Positions 26,390-36,109 of a stretch of 64,000 nt of DNA are shown in pieces. The position numbers and the translations under genes were made by a program. The DNA lies in contig JAYKIL010000008.1 of assembly GCA_035284745.1 (NCBI GenBank), positions 197,087 to 261,086 of the forward strand. The letters are read 5' to 3'. The notes under the pieces are model-generated. The model had not been told where the DNA came from. It did not search any database and saw only the letters and a list, made by a program, of their open reading frames with translations. Position 1 is the stretch's first letter, and every line of letters starts with the position of its first letter. The stretch is from Candidatus Sericytochromatia bacterium. Lineage in GTDB: Bacteria > Cyanobacteriota > Sericytochromatia > S15B-MN24 > JAQBPE01.

Positions 26390-27577
26390 TCAGCGATAGT
26401 ACACCCGAGGCAGTCGCTGACCCAGTCCGCAAAGGATTTCATAGGTAATGGTGCCCGAAGCCTCCGCCCAACTGGCGGCGTCAATGGCTTCATCACCCTG
26501 GCCCCCAAGCAGCACCACCTCTTCTCCTGGCTCTACCGGCACGCGTCCGACATCCAATACCGTTTGATCCATTGAAATGACACCCACCATGGGGCAAATT
26601 TTCCCACGAACGAGCGCCTGGCCGCAGTTCGAAAGGGCACGAGGCAGACCATCACCGTAACCCACCGGGACCAATGCCAATCGAGTGGCTTGTTCTGAAG
26701 CCCAGTTCAATCCGTAACCGACACGGGTATTCTGGGGAACATCCTTTACCTGCGAAATTCGGGCCCGAACGCTTACTACAGGGGTGAGTCGAACCGGAGA
26801 CCCTTCAAGTGGCCGCGGGGAGTGCCCGTACAACGCCAAACCCACACGGACCATGTCGAAATGTGACTCTGGCAGATGCAACGCTGCACCGCTGTTCGCG
26901 AGGTGACAAATGAGCCCCGGAACCCCGCTCTTAAGTCGACTTGCCAGTGTGGAGAAACGCTCTATCTGCCTTCTTGCATCCACTTCTTCCGATGAGTCAG
27001 CCGTCGCCAAGTGGGAGCATAAACCAACCAATCGTAAATCGGCTGCGTGCAGTATATATTGTACAAGCGCCCCGGCCTCGTGGGACTCACATCCCACCCG
27101 GGTCATCCCGGTATTCACCTTGAGGTGCAGTTCGGCCGGTTTTCCGAGACCCTTTGCCACACCTTCGACCACTTGTATCTGGCGCCCCGAACTCACTGTC
27201 AATTGCAAACTGTGCTCAAGCGCCAGAGCGTAGGCCGCATCCGGAATAATTCCCAGAATCAATATCGGCGCCGTGTGACCCGATCGTCGCAGTCGCACTC
27301 CCTCCTCAACAGTGGCAACCCCGAGCGCCGTGGCTCCGTTTTGCAAGCACGCCTCAGCGACAGCTCCGGCTCCGTGGCCGTAACCATCCGCCTTCACGAC
27401 GGCCATCAAGCGAACGTCGGGCCCCAAAGCGCTCCTGATGGCGCGCACGTTCTCAGCGACCCCCACCAGGTCAACCCCTAACCAGGCGCCCCGAAGATTG
27501 GCCTGTTCCATGGAGTTCTTGAGGGTCGAACGCTGGTATACGCTTCGACTGGTCTCTATCACGCGCCAATCGTACAC
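26390..27577 (-). CDS. alr: alanine racemase
   Basis: PLP-lysine motif AVVKADGYGHGA. TIM-barrel N-domain and beta C-domain length appropriate. True start probably an internal Met (MEQANLRG...). Confidence 0.85.
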   Translation of the reverse strand: MYDWRVIETSRSVYQRSTLKNSMEQANLRGAWLGVDLVGVAENVRAIRSALGPDVRLMAVVKADGYGHGAGAVAEACLQNGATALGVATVEEGVRLRRSGHTAPILILGIIPDAAYALALEHSLQLTVSSGRQIQVVEGVAKGLGKPAELHLKVNTGMTRVGCESHEAGALVQYILHAADLRLVGLCSHLATADSSEEVDARRQIERFSTLASRLKSGVPGLICHLANSGAALHLPESHFDMVRVGLALYGHSPRPLEGSPVRLTPVVSVRARISQVKDVPQNTRVGYGLNWASEQATRLALVPVGYGDGLPRALSNCGQALVRGKICPMVGVISMDQTVLDVGRVPVEPGEEVVLLGGQGDEAIDAASWAEASGTITYEILCGLGQRLPRVYYR

Positions 27578-27602
27578 TGAACTCGTTATTTGCGCGAGGA
27601 TT

Positions 27603-28898
27603 CTAAGGCCTTTGCGACGAGGATGCTGGGGCCCAGTGATAGCCGATGCTCAAGTCCCATATGGCGGTGGGGTCGCCGGGTCGAGCCAGGAGAGGATAAC
27701 GCAATCCAAGACTGAGGGATCTCCAGCGCCCACCCACTCGAAGGTGCGTCGCGGGCCACAGTCCGGAGGTGGCTCCTTGCAACACGGCAGCCCTGACCCC
27801 AACCCCCCCCTCAAAATTGATGTCTTCACCTGATTGGGTCCGATGTCCCGTCGCAAGCAGGTCAAAGGCCAGTGAGACCCCATCAAGCGAATCGACTGAA
27901 CGGGTGAATAATGTCTTTGGGGCCAACCCCCCAATCATCCATATACTGGGCCGTAAGTCCAACGTCGGGAGAAGTGTTCGGCCGTACTCAAGGCTCAACA
28001 TATCGAAAAAACTCCCTCCAAGGGCCATCCCATAGGATGCCCTCCATTCACCAGGAAACTGCCGAGGAAGGGAAGATGTTTCCGAGACGACAGTCGCCGC
28101 AGCGGGCGTCGAGGGCGCGGGCGTTGTGAAAAACGAAGGCTTGGAATTCCGATCTGGACGGGATGTTTCCAAACGCCCCGCGGTGTCCGGCGAAGGCCCT
28201 GAGGAGGCCTCGCTCGACCCTACTTCCGGTAAATCACTCAAGCCAGGGGGTGATTCGCGGAGAACCCCGGGAACGTCCTGTTTTAAGGCCACATTCTCCG
28301 GCTCAATCTTTGATGAGATTCGGGGACGCAAGGTACCCCCCTGGACGGGCGAGGGTGCTCGTGAAACCACGGGAGGCGAGGGTTGCTCCTCGGCTGCAGC
28401 CACTGTGGGCGCTGGCGTCCCTGGTGTTTCTCTCGTAACCGTGAAGTTTTCCGGTGGCGAGGGGATTTCCTCAGGCCGTTCGCGGCGATAAGCAATCCGT
28501 CGGTCGTACTCATCACGCGTGATCTGATCTTTCAGATAAGCGTGGAGATCAGAGTGGCGAATGCGGCAACGCTGGATCACGTGGTCATGGGTGTGCTCAA
28601 AAACCACCTCCACGGGGGCGGCCCAACTCTGGAACGCTGCGAAGGCAACCAGACTCGCGCGTTTGAGGAAAAGAGCGCGATCCATCGGGCCTTTGCACAA
28701 CACAATCAAGCGCCGGGGTGCCTCAGCATAGACCGACGTGATCGCCAACCCCTCTTTAGCGGCCACTGCTTTGACCGCCTGTAGAGGAAGAAGGCGGGGT
28801 GCAGTCCGTGCAAGGGCTGGGTCGTCCGGGGCATTCACGACAAGGAACAAAGAGGCGCAGACCAACAGCCGCACGACCGTTTTTTCGTGCATCATCAT
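27603..28898 (-). CDS. secreted protein: N-terminal globular domain, Pro/Ser-rich linker, C-terminal beta-barrel-like region
   Basis: Signal-like N-terminus. PSPP/TPAP-rich low complexity. C-terminal 150 aa with alternating hydrophobic pattern. No known motif. Confidence 0.4.
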   Translation of the reverse strand: MMMHEKTVVRLLVCASLFLVVNAPDDPALARTAPRLLPLQAVKAVAAKEGLAITSVYAEAPRRLIVLCKGPMDRALFLKRASLVAFAAFQSWAAPVEVVFEHTHDHVIQRCRIRHSDLHAYLKDQITRDEYDRRIAYRRERPEEIPSPPENFTVTRETPGTPAPTVAAAEEQPSPPVVSRAPSPVQGGTLRPRISSKIEPENVALKQDVPGVLRESPPGLSDLPEVGSSEASSGPSPDTAGRLETSRPDRNSKPSFFTTPAPSTPAAATVVSETSSLPRQFPGEWRASYGMALGGSFFDMLSLEYGRTLLPTLDLRPSIWMIGGLAPKTLFTRSVDSLDGVSLAFDLLATGHRTQSGEDINFEGGVGVRAAVLQGATSGLWPATHLRVGGRWRSLSLGLRYPLLARPGDPTAIWDLSIGYHWAPASSSQRP

Positions 28899-30119
28899 TT
28901 AAAACTTTTCCCGCACCGCAGCCGGAATGTGCAGTTCGGGCATGGCAGGTGCGCCGTGGAAGACCGGACGACTCGTGGCGGCCCCCGTTTTGCGAGCCAA
29001 TGTTTTGAAGGGGGGCTTGTGCTTGGGAACGGCCATCGGCCTTGCGGTCGCCACCACTCGAGCGGGCCGAACCATCGGGGGCGCAGCGTTGGGTGGCGCT
29101 AATTGCTGATGGGCACCCAGCCTATCTCCTTGTTCGATTCGGGTTGAAAGCTCAGAAACCCGTTGGATCGCGTGGGCACCGAGTCCTTCATCCTTCGAAC
29201 TGCGTGCGATGCACTGCCAAGCCCCCAAGGCTGCCTCGAGATCGCCGTCCACCTCCAGGCGACTGGCTTCGCTGGCAAGCGCAGCCATTGCCACTCTATA
29301 CCCCGATGACTCAGACGCTTGAATCACCTCGTGAGACGGTTCTGAGGCAAGAACAGGCGCGCGTCCCCAAATCAAAAGCGCCGCAAGACCCAGCGATGTA
29401 AAGGCGCTCAGGGCCGTCGCATAGAGCCAACGCGAACGCGACTTTTCAGCGTGTGCTGCGAGCGAGAAAAGGCGATCTAACTCAAGCTCTCGCGACCTTA
29501 TCTGTTCAACCAATGCGTCAATATCGCGTTGCTTGGATCGGCAATCTTGTTCCAGCTTGCTCCGGGTCTCGTATTCTTGAGCAACAAAAGCTTTTAATTG
29601 AGTTTCCAGAGACTCAATCCGGCGGTGACTCTCCATCAGATCGGCCTGAAGCGCTTGTCCCGTGTTTCGCAGGTCTTCATTTTCTTGCCGCAAACCCGCT
29701 ACTTCAATGCAGGCCTGCTCAAAACCAACGGGTTCATCACTGGGAGGAACATCCGAGAGCGTCATCCAACCTTGTTCCCAAGCCTCCCTGGCGCGAGGCT
29801 TAATCACAGGCAGGCTTCTGAGCCTTTCGAAGGCTTTTAAGCGTGACGGGTCAAGCTGTGCCACAGCAACCAAAGTCTGTATGGCAGCGGCTTGGACTTC
29901 CTCGTCCGTCGATGTCAACACCACCAACAATACAGAATCCCAGCTGCGTGCCGTCCGCGAAAGCAAACGCAGCGCGGCCAGCCGCGCGGCCGGTGCGCCC
30001 TCCAGGCCAAGTGCCGCAATCGCGTCATCAAACCAGAGGGATTCCGGCAAAATGTTCTTATCGGAATTGGCTTCGGCCCCTTGGGAGGGTAAACCTTGTG
30101 AATCCCACGACTCGCTCAT
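28899..30119 (-). CDS. coiled-coil membrane protein (hypothetical)
   Basis: Long heptad-rich segment (QENEDLRNTGQALQADLMESHRRIESLETQLKAF...), single TM (ALSAFTSLGLAALLIW). Start abuts the stop of the upstream gene. Confidence 0.4.
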   Translation of the reverse strand: MSESWDSQGLPSQGAEANSDKNILPESLWFDDAIAALGLEGAPAARLAALRLLSRTARSWDSVLLVVLTSTDEEVQAAAIQTLVAVAQLDPSRLKAFERLRSLPVIKPRAREAWEQGWMTLSDVPPSDEPVGFEQACIEVAGLRQENEDLRNTGQALQADLMESHRRIESLETQLKAFVAQEYETRSKLEQDCRSKQRDIDALVEQIRSRELELDRLFSLAAHAEKSRSRWLYATALSAFTSLGLAALLIWGRAPVLASEPSHEVIQASESSGYRVAMAALASEASRLEVDGDLEAALGAWQCIARSSKDEGLGAHAIQRVSELSTRIEQGDRLGAHQQLAPPNAAPPMVRPARVVATARPMAVPKHKPPFKTLARKTGAATSRPVFHGAPAMPELHIPAAVREKF

Positions 30120-30216
30120 TAGTTAGCCCGCTATATGGATGCATCGTCATCCTAACCAATAGCGTCTTTCCCTGCCGTGGTAGATCGCACACCGAACGAA
30201 CGAGGCTTTGCCGGAT

Positions 30217-30411
30217 TTAGTTTCTTGACAAGATATCGGGGGGATTATCTCTGTCCACCGTTTTAGCGCCCTGGGATCCGCAGGCCTTGCAGGTCAGGCG
30301 CCCATTTTGGGCAGCCCTTTTCAAGATAGGGATGGCGGCGGCATCTCGCTTTTCGTGCACCTTGACTTCCAGCCCACAACTTGAACATTGGCCCACGACG
30401 ACGAAACTCAC
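30217..30411 (-). CDS. small zinc-ribbon protein
   Basis: 64 aa with CxxC...CxxC (CSSCG...CKACG). Confidence 0.35.
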   Translation of the reverse strand: MSFVVVGQCSSCGLEVKVHEKRDAAAIPILKRAAQNGRLTCKACGSQGAKTVDRDNPPDILSRN

Positions 30412-30444
30412 TTTTTTCCTCCCCGATATTAACCAGCGCTGGCT

Positions 30445-31317
30445 TTAAACCAGGCTGGTGGCACGCGCCCTCAGGCGTCGCATCACATCATTCAATTGTC
30501 GGCGTTCCAGATGATTAGCCAGGGCATGGCTCAGACGGTCACACAGGTCCAGCAATTGACCAAATGTCGCAGCATCAATATCCGTCCACGCCAAATCATA
30601 TAACACCTGGTCGAGCAGTCCATAGGCCGTCTCGTAACCAACATATTCCATCAACAGTTGCGCAAAAGCTTCATACCGTGTTGCGCGTGCCCCGTTCCCT
30701 CCAAAGCCGTAACCCGATTCTGAGGGCCCTCCCCCTTCCCCATGCACCCTGACCGCCTGGGTGGCGAGAAGCATCCGCATCAGGTGAGCCAGGCGTATCT
30801 CATCGAGGTTACACGCGTGGTGTAGTTGCGCCATCGTGAAAGAGCGAGGCAGTCCTCGAACATAGGACGGTATCCACTCTGGTGGATCCGCTGTGTCCCA
30901 ATTGAATGAATTCAGAGCGCTCTGCGTAAAGGAAACTGCACTGGTTAAGTATGGAACAAGTTCGCGATATTGCTGGGTCGCATCCATCTGACGCATTCCT
31001 TCAAGAAGCAGGTAATCCACGCGACTGTTGATGTCAGGGGGCGGCAGGTCCACCTCGTTGTCCAGCGAGACCAATTTGAATGTACCGGCGCTCCACCACG
31101 CGATGATGCGATACACCGCCAAATCCCCCACCAGGGAATTGACACGAGCATTTACCAGTTCTCCGGTGCGAAAAACCAGCTCAGCGCTTTGGCCAATTTC
31201 AACCCTACTCAGCGACAGAACCGCCGTCTTTTGTTCCAGCGCAATTAACTGCAATAAGTTCGGCAAGCTGATAGGCCCAAGGTTTCCCTCAAGAAGAACA
31301 TTAGAGGAGATGGTCAC
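30445..31317 (-). CDS. DUF4388-domain protein
   Basis: N-terminal LEGNLGPISLPNLLQLIALEQKTAVLSL matches the DUF4388 consensus (G.L....L.DLLQ.L). Confidence 0.5.
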   Translation of the reverse strand: MTISSNVLLEGNLGPISLPNLLQLIALEQKTAVLSLSRVEIGQSAELVFRTGELVNARVNSLVGDLAVYRIIAWWSAGTFKLVSLDNEVDLPPPDINSRVDYLLLEGMRQMDATQQYRELVPYLTSAVSFTQSALNSFNWDTADPPEWIPSYVRGLPRSFTMAQLHHACNLDEIRLAHLMRMLLATQAVRVHGEGGGPSESGYGFGGNGARATRYEAFAQLLMEYVGYETAYGLLDQVLYDLAWTDIDAATFGQLLDLCDRLSHALANHLERRQLNDVMRRLRARATSLV

Positions 31318-31395
31318 AATTTGGCCTCAAAAACTTTGTAAAAGATGCTTCCACTTATACCCTGAAGTGGCTCATTTGTGCTGTTAATTTCCATA

Positions 31396-32964
31396 TTACT
31401 GTCTCCAGCGCGCTAATTTTTCCCGACTTACCTCAGTCAAACGGAGGCGTAGAGTTTGAAGTGCCGGTATGCCTGCGAGATGGAGTACTCCCCCGTAGAG
31501 GAGAAGAAGGGTCGAAACTTGAAGCGTCAATATTTTCCAGCAATCAAAAATTGTATTTTCCCAAGCGGCGCTACTCATTGTCGCGTGGGTCACGCTGCCC
31601 GCAATCAAGGCCGCCAGGAAAGACCAGCCCACATTCCGTGTCAGGCCAGGCAGCCGCCAATTACCAAATTTTCGCCGCAACAACCAAATCAAAATCATAC
31701 AATTGAAGAACGTGACAGCCACGCTGATGGCGGCAAGCCCGGGCAAGCCGAAGGGCTTGACGACCGCGGCCATTCCTCCTGCGGTGAGAGTCAGTGAGGC
31801 TGCGCTGACAAAAAGCGGGGTTCGACCATCGTTGTGAGCGTAGAATACCCTTACGATAAGGTCTCGTGCAGCGTAAGCGGCGATTCCTGCGGCCAGGATA
31901 CCAAGAATAAGCGCTGTCGCATGGGTGTCCATGCGGTCGAATGCGCCGCGTTCAAAAATGACCCGAACCAGGGGGTAGCCACTGACGACGAATATTGCGG
32001 TTAAAGGGAACGTTGCAATGGCGATTGTTGAAAGGCCTTGTGACAATCGCAGCCCCAATTCAGTGTCATCTTGTTTGACCACCGCCTTGGTCAGCAATGG
32101 AAAAATAGGTATCAACAGTGCCGTCATGAGGATTCCCAATGGCAGTTGAATGAGTTTGTTGGCAAAGTCAAAAACACTGATTGAACCCGGTGCCAATGCC
32201 GAAGCAAAGTTAGTTCCGATAATCACGGACAGAGTGCCAACCCCCGAACTGATGCACGCGGGCAAGAGAATTGTCCAAACGCTGCGCACCGCCGGGTGGC
32301 GGTAAGGCAGTTTTGAGAGCGAAATCTTCGTTTCACGCCAAAACATAAAGGCGGCGGGGGTTTGCAGAAGAACTTGCCCGATCCCACCGAGCAATGTCCC
32401 ATAAGCCAGAACCAGCGGTGAAGGTTGCATTAATATCGCCACAATAATCACGACACTCGCGACAAGCGGTGACAATGCCGGACGCGCAAAATCGTGCTGG
32501 TCATTGCTGATCCCACACAGAACGCCAATCCATCCGCCGAGAAGCACCAAGGGTGACATGATGCGCAATTGCTGCACGGCCAAAGCGGACATTTCCGGTG
32601 AGGCCTGAGACGCGACAGCCCCAATCAGCAACGGGGCAAGAACGTAGCAACCAGTGGCGAGGAGCCCCATCACGATCGTGACCCAGACGGCTACGGCCCC
32701 CAAGACGGACGGGGCTTCGTCGTGCGCCCCTCCTTCGCGCAAGGTTGCGAGCACGCGCTGTGTGGCCGTGTGAAAAGGTCCCGTCAAGCCGCCCAGCATG
32801 ATCAAAGCGAAAGACGGAATGATGTAGGCTGCTGTGTAAGCGTCTTTGGCGACATCGGCCCCAAAAATGCCGGCAATGACCAGTTCACGACCAAAGCCAA
32901 GAGCCTTGCTGAGCAGCGTCAGGCCTGCGATGACAGATGCGATGCCAAAGAAACTTCTACTCAC
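31396..32964 (-). CDS. murJ: lipid II flippase MurJ (MviN)
   Basis: 522 aa, 14-TM MOP-superfamily layout. N-terminus GIASVIAGLTLLSKALGFGRELVIAGIFGA typical of MurJ. Confidence 0.85.
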   Translation of the reverse strand: MSRSFFGIASVIAGLTLLSKALGFGRELVIAGIFGADVAKDAYTAAYIIPSFALIMLGGLTGPFHTATQRVLATLREGGAHDEAPSVLGAVAVWVTIVMGLLATGCYVLAPLLIGAVASQASPEMSALAVQQLRIMSPLVLLGGWIGVLCGISNDQHDFARPALSPLVASVVIIVAILMQPSPLVLAYGTLLGGIGQVLLQTPAAFMFWRETKISLSKLPYRHPAVRSVWTILLPACISSGVGTLSVIIGTNFASALAPGSISVFDFANKLIQLPLGILMTALLIPIFPLLTKAVVKQDDTELGLRLSQGLSTIAIATFPLTAIFVVSGYPLVRVIFERGAFDRMDTHATALILGILAAGIAAYAARDLIVRVFYAHNDGRTPLFVSAASLTLTAGGMAAVVKPFGLPGLAAISVAVTFFNCMILIWLLRRKFGNWRLPGLTRNVGWSFLAALIAGSVTHATMSSAAWENTIFDCWKILTLQVSTLLLLYGGVLHLAGIPALQTLRLRLTEVSREKLARWRQ

Positions 32965-33547
32965 AGGCGTCTAAACGTCTGCCTGCGTCCGCCAAGGCCC
33001 AAGCCACTGCTTCGAAGATATCATTAGCGATAAAACTAGGCGTACAGGGCCATTGGTAGGTTCCAGCCAACACCTGCGCCCCGTAACCAGAACGCAAGAG
33101 AATCGTCTTGCAACCCGCTTTTTGACCGGCTTCCACATCAGTGGCCTTGTCGCCGATCATGTAGGACCGGTTCAGGTCCAAGTTCCATTTGTTCGCCGCA
33201 TCCTCAAGCATTCCGACTTCGGGCTTCCGGCAGCGACAGACCCCGCTATACGCCGGAACGGTTCCGTCCGGCAGATGTGGGCAGTAGTAAATGTCGTCCA
33301 GGCGAGCCCCCTCGTCAGCCAACAGCAATTCCAGACGTTCGTGGAGTTTTTCAATCCACGTCTCATCGTAATAACCACGGGCAGGCCCACTCTGATTGGT
33401 CGCCAGGATGGCGAGAAAGCCTGCTTCATTGACTGACTTCAGGGCGGCCCCCGCCCCTGCAATCAATTTCATATCGTCGAGATTGCGGATGTAACCAACC
33501 TCTTCATTGATCGTTCCATCGCGGTCAAAAAATATGGCAAGCTTCAT
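32957..33547 (-). CDS. gmhB: D-glycero-D-manno-heptose 1,7-bisphosphate phosphatase (HAD-IIIA, GmhB-like)
   Basis: HAD motif I FFDRDGTIN. Zn-binding CPH...C.CRKP. Motif III GDKATD. Start placed at internal ATG 33547 (MKLAIFFDRDG). Confidence 0.75.
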   Translation of the reverse strand: MKLAIFFDRDGTINEEVGYIRNLDDMKLIAGAGAALKSVNEAGFLAILATNQSGPARGYYDETWIEKLHERLELLLADEGARLDDIYYCPHLPDGTVPAYSGVCRCRKPEVGMLEDAANKWNLDLNRSYMIGDKATDVEAGQKAGCKTILLRSGYGAQVLAGTYQWPCTPSFIANDIFEAVAWALADAGRRLDACE

Positions 33548-33691
33548 GGGCACCGTGTTGAAATTCGTCTCAACGCAAACTAAAAAAGGTGTACCACGCA
33601 AGCGTCGCTGTTACCAGGCGATAACATCACGCTCATCATCTAAGTGTGTCATATTGAGACCAGTTCTTTTCCTTCTTATTTTCATTCAAAC

Positions 33692-34309
33692 ATGGCGTTG
33701 ACTCGATTTTTTTCCGTCCTTGTCGCCGCGGTGGCTTTGGGGGCAAACACAGGGTGTGCAGGCTTGTTGGGTCGCGCCCTCCTTCCGACGGTGACGTCCC
33801 AGGAGGAGCCATTGGAGCGCATCCAGCGTTTCCAATGTCCTCATTTTCTGGCGACGTTGAGGTGGGATGGGCCCGGGCAACTGATTCCAACGGCGTATTT
33901 TTTTTGGGGTCGAATCGCGCGCGCGGTGAACCCTTACGGCACGGATTCCTGGCTTGTTCACGTGCGATTTGAAACAAAGTCCACAGACGCAATGATAGAA
34001 ATTCAGCCGGCGAAGGCCCGAATCATCACCGGGAAGTCCCGCTTGCACCCCGCGTTAACCCTGACAGACTTTCGCCGAAAATGGCCCAAATGGGCCATCA
34101 ACAGTGCGGAGGAAGCCTTGGACCGGCAAACTGCCTATGAGCATATTCTCAATACGTTACTCATCGAGCGCCACTTGCGTCCCGTGGCCGTTGATGAGGG
34201 CTGGCTGGCCTTCCCACGGGTGTCGGCACTGCAGTCCGCGACGGTAGAATTCCCCTATCGAATAAACGGGCAAACACGCGTTGCAAGCGCGACTTGGGAA
34301 TTTCAATAA
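33692..34309 (+). CDS. hypothetical lipoprotein
   Basis: MALTRFFSVLVAAVALGANTGC lipoprotein signal. Contains a T9 homopolymer tract at 33898-33906. Confidence 0.4.
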   Translation: MALTRFFSVLVAAVALGANTGCAGLLGRALLPTVTSQEEPLERIQRFQCPHFLATLRWDGPGQLIPTAYFFWGRIARAVNPYGTDSWLVHVRFETKSTDAMIEIQPAKARIITGKSRLHPALTLTDFRRKWPKWAINSAEEALDRQTAYEHILNTLLIERHLRPVAVDEGWLAFPRVSALQSATVEFPYRINGQTRVASATWEFQ

Positions 34310-34322
34310 CTGGTGGGAATTC

Positions 34323-34967
34323 ATGTTTGGAAACATATTATCGATTTTTTTGGGTGTCACGTTATTGACCTCTTGCGTCACGCGAGAATTCTACCGGCAA
34401 ACGGCGCAGGCCCCCTGGGAGGAGTTGCTGATTCGCGAGGTGGAAGTGCCCGTTTTTCAAGCTCCTGCCGATTGCTGGTTTCTTTCCGATCGCGCGCGTT
34501 CTCAGGTTGTGGCTCACTTGCAGAAAGGCACAGTGAATGTGGCGAGTGGGACGGGTTTGGCTCGCCTCGTCGGGAGTATTTCTCGAGCGAAACGCCCGGC
34601 CCAGTACACATCGGCTCGCAGGGTTCTGAGGGCTTCAAGTGCCTCAGCGGGGAATGTACAGCAGATGACCGACCCTTTTGTTTGGGAGGTGGATAGACTT
34701 CAAGAGTCTCACATCCGGCTCGCTGTTCAATTATTTGCGGCGCAAGGGGAACCACTGTGGCGCAGTGATTTTGAAGGGGTCGCCGCTGACAGTCGGGTGG
34801 TGCAAATCGCCTGGCCCGGCAATGACGTGATGGCGCCTCCCTCTAGCGCGTTGCCTCCCCTCGACCCGGCTCTCCAGAGAGAACTGGACCAAGAAGCGCT
34901 CGATAAAGCGATGCGGGAGCTTTTGCCCCTTCTCGGTCACTCCTACCGGTATCGCCCCATCCAATAA
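34323..34967 (+). CDS. hypothetical lipoprotein
   Basis: MFGNILSIFLGVTLLTSC lipobox. No known domain recognised. Confidence 0.4.
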   Translation: MFGNILSIFLGVTLLTSCVTREFYRQTAQAPWEELLIREVEVPVFQAPADCWFLSDRARSQVVAHLQKGTVNVASGTGLARLVGSISRAKRPAQYTSARRVLRASSASAGNVQQMTDPFVWEVDRLQESHIRLAVQLFAAQGEPLWRSDFEGVAADSRVVQIAWPGNDVMAPPSSALPPLDPALQRELDQEALDKAMRELLPLLGHSYRYRPIQ

Positions 34968-35051
34968 GCCACCCTTCCTGGGTAAAGCGTGCGAGGCCCA
35001 CCGTGGTAGGATTCCAGAGTCCCGCGTCGAGATTGCACAAGGAGCGGTTGT

Positions 35052-36083
35052 TTGTTCGGCAAAAGAACCAATTTTTTGGGTTTGCTGCTCTCAGCAGCGT
35101 GTCTGGTCCTGATTTTCAGAAAGTTCGACCTAGAGAAGCTGTGGGAGGCCTTGAGCACTATCCGAATGGATCTCCTGTTGGTCGCACTCGCTGTCTTTCT
35201 CACCACATTTCTTGTGAGGACATTGCGCTGGCAGGTTTTATTGCGCCCCACGCGCCCATTGCCGTATTCCCGACTGTTCGGCGTCGTGATGATTGGCTAC
35301 ATGGCGAACAATGTGCTTCCGGCAAGACTCGGTGAAGTCGTTCGCGCGTACGTGTTGGCTCAAAAAGAGGGCGTGAGAAAAAGCAGCAGCCTCGCGACCA
35401 TCTTCATCGAGCGCATCTTTGATGGATTATCTTTGTTGTTTATTTTGGGCGCCATGTTGATCGCCTACCAACTCGGGTGGCTCTCTTTGCAACATCCGTT
35501 TCCGAACTCAATACAATGGGCCGGAATCGGTGCCGCCATTATATTCTCACTGGCGTTCCTGGCTGTACTGGCCCTCGAATTCTACCCCCCATTTGGTCTT
35601 CTTCTGGCGGCAGGGGTTGAGAATTTTGCGCCTGTCACCTTAAAAACACGTCTATTGAGTATCCTCACGGCCTTTCGCGAAGGAGTTGCTTGCGTGCGCA
35701 GCTTCGGAACGATGGTGTTCGTCCTTTTTTGCTCGCTTCTCATTTGGACCATCGAAGGAGTCACCTACACGCTGGTCGGAAGCGCTTTTTCGTTGGATTT
35801 ACCGTTGCGCGCTTACTTCACTACGATGGTCATTGTGAATCTGGGCACCCTTATTCCCTCTGCCCCGGGTTACCTGGGAACCTTTCAGTTCTTTTGTTGG
35901 CTGTCCCTGGGATTGTTCGGAATCAGCAAAGAGTTGGCCGTGAGCTACGGCCTTGTTCTGAATGTGATGGAGTATCTTCCAGTCACCCTCGTGGGGGTTG
36001 CGTTTTTGTTACTTGCAAACTTGAACCTCCGCAACCTGGTGGGAGCGGAGGCAGGAAGCGAAGGGGTGGAAAAGGGCGAATAA
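35052..36083 (+). CDS. UPF0104 / lysyl-phosphatidylglycerol-synthase-type transmembrane (flippase-like) domain protein
   Basis: 8-TM protein with RWQVLLRP...GYMANNVLPARLGEVVRAYVL motif typical of the MprF flippase-like TM domain family. Confidence 0.65.
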   Translation: MFGKRTNFLGLLLSAACLVLIFRKFDLEKLWEALSTIRMDLLLVALAVFLTTFLVRTLRWQVLLRPTRPLPYSRLFGVVMIGYMANNVLPARLGEVVRAYVLAQKEGVRKSSSLATIFIERIFDGLSLLFILGAMLIAYQLGWLSLQHPFPNSIQWAGIGAAIIFSLAFLAVLALEFYPPFGLLLAAGVENFAPVTLKTRLLSILTAFREGVACVRSFGTMVFVLFCSLLIWTIEGVTYTLVGSAFSLDLPLRAYFTTMVIVNLGTLIPSAPGYLGTFQFFCWLSLGLFGISKELAVSYGLVLNVMEYLPVTLVGVAFLLLANLNLRNLVGAEAGSEGVEKGE

Positions 36084-36109
36084 TGACCCTCTGAGTCGGG
36101 GTTGTCGTC

